A DNA stretch of 64,000 nucleotides, taken from the NCBI GenBank assembly GCA_965208325.1, contig OZ242326.1, positions 4,128,001 to 4,192,000 on the forward strand, written 5' to 3'. The notes beneath the pieces were generated by a model that ran no database searches, was not told the origin of the DNA, and saw nothing but the letters and a program-made list of their open reading frames with translations. Made by a program: the position numbers and the translations under genes. This stretch comes from Candidatus Poribacteria bacterium (lineage in GTDB: Bacteria; Poribacteria; WGA-4E; PCPOR2b). Shown piece after piece: positions 1-8,149 of this stretch; position 1 is the first letter of the stretch, and each line of letters begins with the position of its first letter.

Positions 1-83
1 GTTTCAAAACCTGACCAAACTGCCGCAGTTTTCCAGCTAAAGTCTCACGTATCGCCGTCTAAAGGATGGAGGAACGTTGAAAA

Positions 84-680
84 GTGATGAATCACACGGT
101 TGACGTTAACTTCGTAATATGCACGCTAATCTTTCCATGTGTAGGTTTCTTTTTAATGCTAACCCCATTAACGGGTTGCGGGCACACGCACCCGATACCT
201 AAACACGCGCATCCCCACGAACACGACCATCACCATACCCATCAGCACGACCACACACATGACCCTTTAGAAGAAGTGTCACATGGCGAATTGGCGGGAA
301 CGTATCGGCTTGAGAGCATTGCAAGGGTTCACCAAAATGAAGGTGTTGAACGGCCGTCGGGTTTGGAGGCGACAGGCGAAATACGAGGCGTACTAAGAAT
401 AACACTGGACCATAAATTCGTAATAACCGCCGAAAACAATCCTAATTGGTTGGGATGGACGGACTTGTTCGCCTGGATGCCGGCATCATTTTACTATCGC
501 AATTTGCCCGACTCACGAACTTTAGTTTTGTTTTATACCGACGGACATCGTTTTTTTAACAAAGACCCGGCCTATGCATTGGAATACAAGTGGAACGGTA
601 CGGTCTTAACGCTTACACATTTTGCCCTTCACGGACGTTACTCAGCCGACAACGTCACAATGAAGTGGCGCAAGATATAG
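84..680 (+). CDS. His-rich putative lipoprotein
   Basis: Hydrophobic N-terminus ending in lipobox LTGC, then HTHPIPKHAHPHEHDHHHTHQHDHTH, then a beta-rich domain; RBS GGAGG upstream. Confidence 0.7.
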   Translation: MMNHTVDVNFVICTLIFPCVGFFLMLTPLTGCGHTHPIPKHAHPHEHDHHHTHQHDHTHDPLEEVSHGELAGTYRLESIARVHQNEGVERPSGLEATGEIRGVLRITLDHKFVITAENNPNWLGWTDLFAWMPASFYYRNLPDSRTLVLFYTDGHRFFNKDPAYALEYKWNGTVLTLTHFALHGRYSADNVTMKWRKI

Positions 681-717
681 TTCTTCCAGAATGGGATCAA
701 CTGTACGTATGGCTTTT

Positions 718-817
718 GTGGGTTGGGTTAAGCGGGTTCGTGAATTACGCTGCACACGAGGTATGATTGCCACACCTAGATTCCATCTCAAGATAATAAC
801 GACGTAGCAAACCCAAC
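718..817 (+). repeat. ~100-nt REP-like element, copy A
   Basis: GTGGGTTGGGTTAAGCG...GTAGCAAACCCAAC, followed by GCTTTTT; the termini GTTGGGTT and AACCCAAC are complementary. Confidence 0.7.
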
Positions 818-850
818 GCTTTTTCTTTAACACAAGGAGAGAATTTCACT

Positions 851-2182
851 ATGAACCGAACCGATTCCGTCAATTGGCAACCCTATTCCCCAGCGCGCTT
901 CGAGGGAAAGCTGTGCTATCATCTTTGCACAACGGATTCAGAACTGCCATTGCGAATGGTAATTGAAGGTTACACCGAACCAAACTACGAAACGATGACG
1001 TACAACTACTACTGGTGCTGTAACCAGATAGGCGTCCGCGCCGCCGTCAACGATGGATTGTCACATATCCTATTTGTTACCCGTTATAAAGGTAAAAACC
1101 GCCAATACGCGGAACGCTGCTTTATCGTAGGGTATTATGAAATCGGATGGACAGATACGGTCGGTAACCGCACGGTCATTCGTCCGAAAAAACTCTCCTT
1201 CACGCGGATAGAGGATGCGTACGAAATCACGCCCGAGAGGTGGAAACGTATCAATCCCGACGGTAAATCGTACCAACCTGAGAGTCTCCGCTACGCGACG
1301 CAGCGGCTCAAAGGGAGTCTATTTGAGGAAATCGTCACCCATCTCGACGCGCACGACGCCACGGCAGATTATCTGTTCGAGGTTGCCCGGCTTAAAGCCG
1401 AAACTAATCCCTTTGAAGTTAGTCCGGCGGGTCGTATATTTATTATCAACGTCGGTGCGAACACGGACCACCGGCAACAGAGCCCACTATTCGAAGACGG
1501 CAGTTTCGAATTCGTTCCCATCCCTGCTTCTTCCGACGACGGTTGCACCTTTGCAAATCTCCGCCAGTTTAATGCGCCCGACCGTCCGCTCATTGACCAA
1601 CTCCAGTCGTTAAACATCTCACCCACAACGCAGATTCACAACGATCCCGAGTTCGCCACGTTCACGTTTGGAGACAGCCCCATTGTAAAACCCGGGCTTA
1701 AACCGATGACAAAAGGCGATTTTCTATTCTTCCTGGTACGTTTAGTTCCCTACCGAAACAAGCAATATAAAAACCAAGAAGGGATATTCGCTTTTATCGG
1801 TTTCCTCGAGATCGAAGAGGTAATTCCCCTCCCCTCCGACTCAACCATCGAACCGCTTCTCACAAGCCCCGCGTTCAACCGTAACGCCCACGTGATGCGT
1901 TGGTTTAATGATCGCGTCCCTTACGACGACGGATACGTAGTTTACAAAGGCTCGATAAATTCTCGCCGTTTCCGTAAATCCATCAGATTGGACAGAGCGT
2001 TTGTAGAAGACATCCCGTTACTGACCGCTGCCGGCGCCCCATGGAACTGGGAGACAAACACTGAACTCGCCGTTATCAACTCGCACACACGCAGCGCACG
2101 CCTGCACATTGACCCGAACGCAAATTCGGAAGGCGCCGCCCGCTTCTGGTCGCGAATATTTGCATCCCAAGGGTGGTCTTGA
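851..2182 (+). CDS. Two-domain protein: unassigned N-terminal domain plus C-terminal Nmad3-like (nucleotide modification associated) domain
   Basis: C-terminal half has INVGANTD..SPLFEDGSFEFVPIP..HNDPEF..TFGD..GDFLFF, resembling Nmad3; RBS AAGGAG. Confidence 0.6.
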   Translation: MNRTDSVNWQPYSPARFEGKLCYHLCTTDSELPLRMVIEGYTEPNYETMTYNYYWCCNQIGVRAAVNDGLSHILFVTRYKGKNRQYAERCFIVGYYEIGWTDTVGNRTVIRPKKLSFTRIEDAYEITPERWKRINPDGKSYQPESLRYATQRLKGSLFEEIVTHLDAHDATADYLFEVARLKAETNPFEVSPAGRIFIINVGANTDHRQQSPLFEDGSFEFVPIPASSDDGCTFANLRQFNAPDRPLIDQLQSLNISPTTQIHNDPEFATFTFGDSPIVKPGLKPMTKGDFLFFLVRLVPYRNKQYKNQEGIFAFIGFLEIEEVIPLPSDSTIEPLLTSPAFNRNAHVMRWFNDRVPYDDGYVVYKGSINSRRFRKSIRLDRAFVEDIPLLTAAGAPWNWETNTELAVINSHTRSARLHIDPNANSEGAARFWSRIFASQGWS

Positions 2183-2283
2183 ACCGCCGCGGGTTAAACC
2201 CGCCGCACCTTTACACCTAAATGGATTTCCATGACTGTATAAACATTGGGCGTAAGTAAATAAGGACGAAACGAGGTGAAGAA

Positions 2284-3222
2284 ATGAATGAGACGATTGG
2301 ACGTTTGAAAAAGGTGTCATTACGCGAAGTGTGGCCCCGTGAACCAAGTGATTTTACACCGTGGCTTGCGGAGAACATTGATGTGTTAAACGATACCATT
2401 CACATGTCACTCTCAATCGAAGAACGTGAGCATCCCGCGGGGATGTTCAGCGCAGATCTCCTCGCAGAGGATGAATCTGGCAATCCTATTATTATTGAAA
2501 ATCAGCTTGAGCGCAGCAACCATGACCACCTCGGCAAGGTAATTACGTATTTGTCCGTACTTGGGGCGAAAGCGGCTATCTGGATTGTATCTGATCCTCG
2601 GCCTGAACACATCACCGCAATCACTTGGCTCAATGAATCGTCATCAGCTTCTTTCTATCTTGTCAAACTTGAGGCGATTCGAATCGGTGATTCATTGCCT
2701 GCGCCGATGCTGACACTGATTGTTGGCCCAAGTGAGGAGAGCGAACAAGCTGCCGAAACAAAGAAAGAACTCAAGGAGCAGCATCTTCTCCGCAACCGGT
2801 TTTGGTCTCAATTGTTGAGTCGTGCTCGGGAAAAAACATCGTTACATGCCAACATTGCGCCAAACGATCGCTCATACCTATGGACGCCGGTAAAAAATGG
2901 ATTGTACTTGCGTTACGGGGTGCGGCAGCACGCATCCGATGTGAAGTTATACATCGATCGAGGCGCAGATAAGAAGGATAGTGAGAACAGTGAGATTTTC
3001 GATGCGCTCTTTGAAGCTAAAGCAGAGATTGAAGAAGTTTTTGGCGAAACGCTTGATTGGTACCGACTCGAAGACAAGCGTGCCTGCCGAATCGACAAAG
3101 AAATTTCATTGGGCGGCTACCGCGACGAGGAAAAATGGCAAGATATTCACGAGGCCATGATCGATGCGATGATTCGGCTAGACAAAGCACTGAAGCCCTA
3201 TATTCAGAAGTTATCGCTCTAG
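2284..3222 (+). CDS. DUF4268 domain protein with N-terminal NucS-like PD-(D/E)xK region
   Basis: LREVWPRE.SDFTPWL, ADLLAED..IIIENQL..HDHLGK; C-terminal FW..L...WYRLEDKRACRI. Confidence 0.8.
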   Translation: MNETIGRLKKVSLREVWPREPSDFTPWLAENIDVLNDTIHMSLSIEEREHPAGMFSADLLAEDESGNPIIIENQLERSNHDHLGKVITYLSVLGAKAAIWIVSDPRPEHITAITWLNESSSASFYLVKLEAIRIGDSLPAPMLTLIVGPSEESEQAAETKKELKEQHLLRNRFWSQLLSRAREKTSLHANIAPNDRSYLWTPVKNGLYLRYGVRQHASDVKLYIDRGADKKDSENSEIFDALFEAKAEIEEVFGETLDWYRLEDKRACRIDKEISLGGYRDEEKWQDIHEAMIDAMIRLDKALKPYIQKLSL

Positions 3223-3306
3223 CATTAATACCTTAAGGGATACAAAAGGATAGTATGATGGGGGCAACACACTACTCTTTACACCTGCCGTCAAAAGTTG
3301 CCGCTT

Positions 3307-3406
3307 GTAGGTTGGATTATACGGGCAAATAAAAGACGTTAAAAAAGTCGAATGGATATCGGTATTTGAATTTGTTCTGAAATTGTCAACACGCAGCGAA
3401 CCCAAC
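3307..3406 (+). repeat. ~100-nt REP-like element, copy B
   Basis: GTAGGTTGGATT...GCAGCGAACCCAAC. Confidence 0.65.
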
Positions 3407-3584
3407 AATCAACCGAGTGAATAACGAAGGCGGTAGTCTTGTCTTATTTACGAGACGTTTCGGTTGCCGGTTGTCGGTCGGAATGATAAATACGATTTGG
3501 AATAGAAGAAACAGAAGAGTTATTGGGGATTCGGGGCGGCGTTAGTGTTTGGTACTCGTTTAGGTTGGCGGAGGTTTTAAAAGC

Positions 3585-3687
3585 GTTGGGTTTCGCTCGA
3601 TTCATAGGATATTGTGCGTAGTTTGGTTGGCGGGGGTGGTTTATTAAACGGGCGATTTTTTGGGTGAATCTGCTCTACCCAACCTAC
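3585..3687 (-). repeat. ~100-nt REP-like element, copy C (inverted relative to B)
   Basis: Reverse complement reads GTAGGTTGGGTAGAGCAG...GAGCGAAACCCAAC, followed by GCTTTT. Confidence 0.75.
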
Positions 3688-3878
3688 AGGAGCTTACCGC
3701 AATTACATGAAAATTGGGAATTCCTCAAAGCTAACATGCCTGGGTTCAAAAGCAAAATAACCCAATCCAATGTCCAACAGTTTCATTACACGAGGCTATC
3801 AGATGGTTTACCGCAGAATATCAATGTTTACTATGATATACTTTACAAAGACTAAAATCGAGTCTAGGAGAACCGGCA

Positions 3879-4535
3879 ATGGCACAACTAGACCTCTTTT
3901 CCGTTTCAAATCACAATTCTCCTTTTCCGCAACCTCCGCCGAAAAATGAGAAAGCCACAGATACAATCAAAGGCTTCAAATACATAGAACGCTACATTAA
4001 CAAATGTGTACATGAACGGTTGATAGAACAGATTGACGGGAACTCATGGCTTGAAGATTTAAAGCGGCGTGTACAGCATTATGGTTTCAAGTACGACTAC
4101 AAAGCGCGGAAAGTCAACTATGGTATGCATATTGGGGATTTGCCGGAATGGCTGCAAATTCTTGGTCAAAAATTACATGAGGATGGTCACATGCCGGCAA
4201 TACCAGACCAAGTTATTGTTAACGAATACAAACCAGGGCAAGGGATTTCCAGTCATATTGATTGTGAACCTTGTTTTGAAAATATGATTGTCTCTTTGAG
4301 TTTGGGTTCAAGTTGTGTCATGGATTTCACGCACAAACTTGACAAGACAAAAAAAATACCTGTTTGGCTTGCGCCGCGAAGTATTATCGTATTGAGAGGT
4401 GAATCAAGATATTATTGGTTACACGGTATCGCTCCGAGAAAATCAGACCATTGGGATGGCCAAACGTATAATAGACAGCGCAGGGTATCGTTAACATTTA
4501 GAAAGGTGATTATCGAAAACCCTTTAAGGCAATAA
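3879..4535 (+). CDS. AlkB-family 2OG-Fe(II) dioxygenase
   Basis: RRVQHYG, NEY..GQGISSHID (HxD), WLHGI (distal His), RRVSLTFR. Confidence 0.9.
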   Translation: MAQLDLFSVSNHNSPFPQPPPKNEKATDTIKGFKYIERYINKCVHERLIEQIDGNSWLEDLKRRVQHYGFKYDYKARKVNYGMHIGDLPEWLQILGQKLHEDGHMPAIPDQVIVNEYKPGQGISSHIDCEPCFENMIVSLSLGSSCVMDFTHKLDKTKKIPVWLAPRSIIVLRGESRYYWLHGIAPRKSDHWDGQTYNRQRRVSLTFRKVIIENPLRQ

Positions 4536-4882
4536 CTGTAGCTCGAAGCTTTTTCGAATCTACATATCGGTTTTGTGGGGTGGGCAGAGCGCATCCGATG
4601 AAGTATGCCCTCCCTTAATCATAACCAATCATTAAATCACACAAATCACAGTTCATGCAGTTGTTGTACGTCTGGCAGAGAGAGCGGAAGTGTCGCAATT
4701 CGAATACCGCTCCTACGCAGGCGGGTTTTGGGGGTAAATTCAAGTAATATCATAATTCCTCCGATTTAGGAATGTTGCCTGACTTATGGCGGTCGTAGTC
4801 AATCCATTTTAACATGGTTTGGCAATTGCCACTAAATTCTAAATTGGCACGGTTTTGAGCGTATATACCCGGACAAAATTGA

Positions 4883-5770
4883 ATGCAAACGCACATCATT
4901 ACCCGTGACCACATCGTTTATAGTTTCGACCGAGAGCATAGCCCAGTTCGAAAAATCGATCCAGGCGACAAAATCCGCTTTGAAACGTATGACGCGAGAA
5001 CCGGTACGATTCGGAGCGAAGACAATCTTCTCGACCGCCCGCATCCACGTGGCGCAAATCCCGCTACCGGACCGGTCTTCGTGAAAGGTGCCGAACCGGG
5101 TGATACGCTCCGCGTTGAGATTCTAGGGATTGAACTTGCATCGCAGGGTTTCATCGCTATAAAGGCGGGGTTAGGAAACTTGGGGCATCTCGCCGAAAAG
5201 TATGTGACTCGCCTCGTTCAGATAGAGGACGGCATCGTGCACTATGACGACCGCATCCATTTTCCGGTGCGCCCGATGATTGGCGTCATTGGCACCGCGC
5301 CCAGTGGAGAAGCGGTGCCTACGCTTTACCCCGGTCCCCACGGCGGCAATATGGATCATAACGACGTAAAGGTAGGTTCTTGTGTTTACCTGCCTGTTTT
5401 TGTAGAGGGTGCGTTATTTGGGGTCGGAGATGTTCATGCGGCGATGGGGGACGCTGAAGTTACAATGACTGGGATAGAGATTTGCGCTGAAGTCACCGTC
5501 CTAGTGAATCTCATCAAGGGTGAATCAATCACCCGTCCGTGGATCGAGACGGATGCTTCATGGATTACTACCGGCGACGCGCCCAAACTTGCCGATGCCA
5601 TCACAATTGCCTGCGAAGAAATGGCAAATCTCCTCCAGCAGAAGCTCTCCGTTTCATTCGACGACGCCTATCTGTTGATGAGCGCCATCGGCGACGTTCG
5701 GATTAGCCAATCCTGCCAGCCGAACCAATTTCCCTCCACAATTCGTGTCGTATTTCCCAAAATCGATTGA
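4883..5770 (+). CDS. Acetamidase/formamidase family protein
   Basis: NPATGPVFVKGAEPGD, PMIGVIG, HGGNMD, GDVHAAMGD. Confidence 0.9.
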   Translation: MQTHIITRDHIVYSFDREHSPVRKIDPGDKIRFETYDARTGTIRSEDNLLDRPHPRGANPATGPVFVKGAEPGDTLRVEILGIELASQGFIAIKAGLGNLGHLAEKYVTRLVQIEDGIVHYDDRIHFPVRPMIGVIGTAPSGEAVPTLYPGPHGGNMDHNDVKVGSCVYLPVFVEGALFGVGDVHAAMGDAEVTMTGIEICAEVTVLVNLIKGESITRPWIETDASWITTGDAPKLADAITIACEEMANLLQQKLSVSFDDAYLLMSAIGDVRISQSCQPNQFPSTIRVVFPKID

Positions 5771-5833
5771 CGCTTCCAAAAAATAATAGAGCCTGTACGT
5801 CCTTGAATTGACTGCTTACGGCCGTAATGAACG

Positions 5834-5863
5834 TTGACCTTGACGGCTGGTATATGGTATATT
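5834..5863 (+). promoter_or_regulatory. sigma70-type promoter
   Basis: TTGACC-18-TATATT with extended -10 TG. Confidence 0.5.
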
Positions 5864-5870
5864 TTCACAA

Positions 5871-6143
5871 TCTGAGCGGGATCGGATTTCCAATCGTGTA
5901 GAAGGCGAGCATAGCAGTGTAAAGAATTCGCCCCGGCAATCCGAGAATCTCATTCAACTATTTACGTGTCAGGTCAATCTCCTAAAATCACAAGCGTTAG
6001 AAGACATAGCGGAATGATGTAACGATGTAGCGGCAAAAAGCTCAATAGACTTTACTTGTCTCGATCAGGGACGTTAAACATCTATCGAAGAAAAGCCCAT
6101 GTCTGAATCCGGGGCTGCCAACCGGATTGGTCGTGGGCTTTTT
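5871..6143 (+). ncRNA. Candidate structured ncRNA, family unassigned
   Basis: No ORF of 60 aa or more; 5' end 5871-5882 pairs with 6058-6069; two internal hairpins; bounded by a promoter and an intrinsic terminator. Confidence 0.45.
6091..6143 (+). terminator. Intrinsic terminator, possibly bidirectional
   Basis: AAAAGCCCATG..AATCCGG-loop-CCGGATT..CGTGGGCTTTTT. Confidence 0.7.
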
Positions 6144-6321
6144 GAATATAATGTCCTATCCTAGGATGCACGTTTGATATCGTTCGCAAAAAATGGTTTT
6201 GCCAGGTGTTTTTACTTACTTTATGGTTTCCGCGCTACTCCCTGTAGTCATGCAAATTTACTGGCACTACCACTAATTACGCCAGCCTGTAAGTCGGTGG
6301 GCCGTTGGAAGGAACTACCAG

Positions 6322-8022
6322 ATGACAAATGACGAAATTAGCGATGTTTTTAGAAACATCGGCAATCTCCTTCAGATTAAAGGTGAAGACTCCTTTCGCG
6401 CCAGGATTTATGAGAGAGCGGCGGAGTCGGTTGAGTCGCTCACCGTAGACCTGCATGAGTTAGTTGAAGAAGGGCGGCTTCGCTCCATACCCGGTATCGG
6501 TAAAGCAATAGAGCAGAAAATTATCGAAATGCTAGAGACCGGGCGATGTCGTTTTTATGAGAACTTAATTCAGGAGATGGGCTCGGAGGTGTTGGAATTG
6601 CTGCGCGTGCGGGGGATTGGGGCGAAAACAGCCAGCCGCTTTTATCACGAGTTAGGCGTGAAGAGTGCCAGCAATCTCCGGGAAGCAATTGATAGCGGTA
6701 AACTCAAAGAGATGGATCGGATGGGTGCCAAGACAATCGCGGCGATCAATCAGGGTTTGAAATATTTTGAATCACAGAGGCAATCGCGTCCGCTCTGGCA
6801 GATTTTACCGATTGCGCATACCGTTCTAGATGCGTTAGAGCGTTGCGATAAAATTGGAAGAGCTGATTTCACCGGAGACCTCCGTAGGTGCGAAGAAGTG
6901 TTGCAAAGCCTTGAGCTGATAGCTGAATGCGAAAACCCGGTTGCGATTGCTGAAATCTTGTCAGGGATAAAAGGCGTTGAATCACCGGAAATTGAGAATG
7001 GTGTTTTAATCGCTGCATCTGTAGATGCTGGGTTTCCATTGCGAATTCACTGTTACCAGCCCGAGGCGTATGCGGAAGGATTGTTGTTGACGACAGGTAC
7101 GCGTGAGCACATAGCTAAACTCAATCAGATTGCTAAAACTCGAAACCTGGACGAGTTATGCACGCCGTCACCAGTCCGGAGCAAAAATTCGACTGAAGCT
7201 GGCATCTATGATAAGCTTGGATTACCTTTCATCGTCCCTGAATTACGGCGGAGTGCAGATACAGTAGATTCCGCCTTGGCAGGTGAGTTGCCGACTCTAA
7301 TTGAGATCGAAGATTTGCGTTGCGATCTCCATGCCCACACCGACTGGAGCGATGGGCGGCATTCAATTAAGGAAATGATAGAAGCCGCCAAAGCGTTTGG
7401 ACATGAATACATCGCCATTACCGATCACTCGGAATCCTCGCGAGTGGCAAACGGATTGACTCCTGAACGGCTGCTCGAACAGATTAAACACATCCGCGAG
7501 GCGAATGCGGCGATCGGCGGCATTGAAGTGTTAGCCGGTTCCGAGGTCGACATCCGAATGAATGGAAGGCTTGATTTTTCCGATAATATCCTGGAACAAC
7601 TCGACATCGTTATCGCAAGCGTTCATTCTGGCTTTACGATGAGCAAATCAGCGATGACGAAGCGCGTGGTACGTGCCATAGAAAATCCGTATGTTTCAAT
7701 TATCGGCCACCCAACAGGGCGGTTACTGGGTCAACGCCCGGGATATGCGATTGACCTCGATGAAGTAATCAGTGCAGCCGCGGCGAATGATGTCGTGCTA
7801 GAAATTAACGCATCTCCCAGCCGGTTGGATTTGGAGCCGTCCGTTGCCCAAGATGCGCGGAGAAATGGGGTGTTACTAGCGATTAACACGGATGCGCATT
7901 CGACAAAACAAATCGAACACATCGGGTTCGGCGTCAACGTTGCACGGCGGGGTTGGCTAGAAAAGAAAGATGTGATTAACACTTATCCGTTGGCGTCATT
8001 GAAGAAGATAATTACCCGATAG
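6322..8022 (+). CDS. polX: DNA polymerase X/PHP protein with a degenerate polymerase active site
   Basis: HhH motifs IPGIGK and VRGIGAK; PHP motifs HAHT, TDHS, GSEVD, GHPTGR, NTDAH; the usual GS.RR..DxD region reads GDLRR...QSLEL. Confidence 0.9.
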   Translation: MTNDEISDVFRNIGNLLQIKGEDSFRARIYERAAESVESLTVDLHELVEEGRLRSIPGIGKAIEQKIIEMLETGRCRFYENLIQEMGSEVLELLRVRGIGAKTASRFYHELGVKSASNLREAIDSGKLKEMDRMGAKTIAAINQGLKYFESQRQSRPLWQILPIAHTVLDALERCDKIGRADFTGDLRRCEEVLQSLELIAECENPVAIAEILSGIKGVESPEIENGVLIAASVDAGFPLRIHCYQPEAYAEGLLLTTGTREHIAKLNQIAKTRNLDELCTPSPVRSKNSTEAGIYDKLGLPFIVPELRRSADTVDSALAGELPTLIEIEDLRCDLHAHTDWSDGRHSIKEMIEAAKAFGHEYIAITDHSESSRVANGLTPERLLEQIKHIREANAAIGGIEVLAGSEVDIRMNGRLDFSDNILEQLDIVIASVHSGFTMSKSAMTKRVVRAIENPYVSIIGHPTGRLLGQRPGYAIDLDEVISAAAANDVVLEINASPSRLDLEPSVAQDARRNGVLLAINTDAHSTKQIEHIGFGVNVARRGWLEKKDVINTYPLASLKKIITR

Positions 8023-8082
8023 AGCGCCATCCGGAAAACTCCCGCATTACTCCCAAGTTATACGCTCTTCGGGGCTTTTTCT

Positions 8083-8111
8083 TTGACATTCCCCGGCATT
8101 CATGATAAATT
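8083..8111 (+). promoter_or_regulatory. sigma70-type promoter
   Basis: TTGACA-17-TAAATT with TG. Confidence 0.55.
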
Positions 8112-8149
8112 TCCGTCGAATCCTACACTAGATCGAATTCACGAAAACC

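Noticed and set aside
3664..3855. 63-aa ORF
   Set aside because: Starts inside REP-like copy C and has no recognisable motif
4844..4860. sigma54-like TTGGCACGGTTTTGAG upstream of the acetamidase gene
   Set aside because: No GC at the required GG-N10-GC spacing
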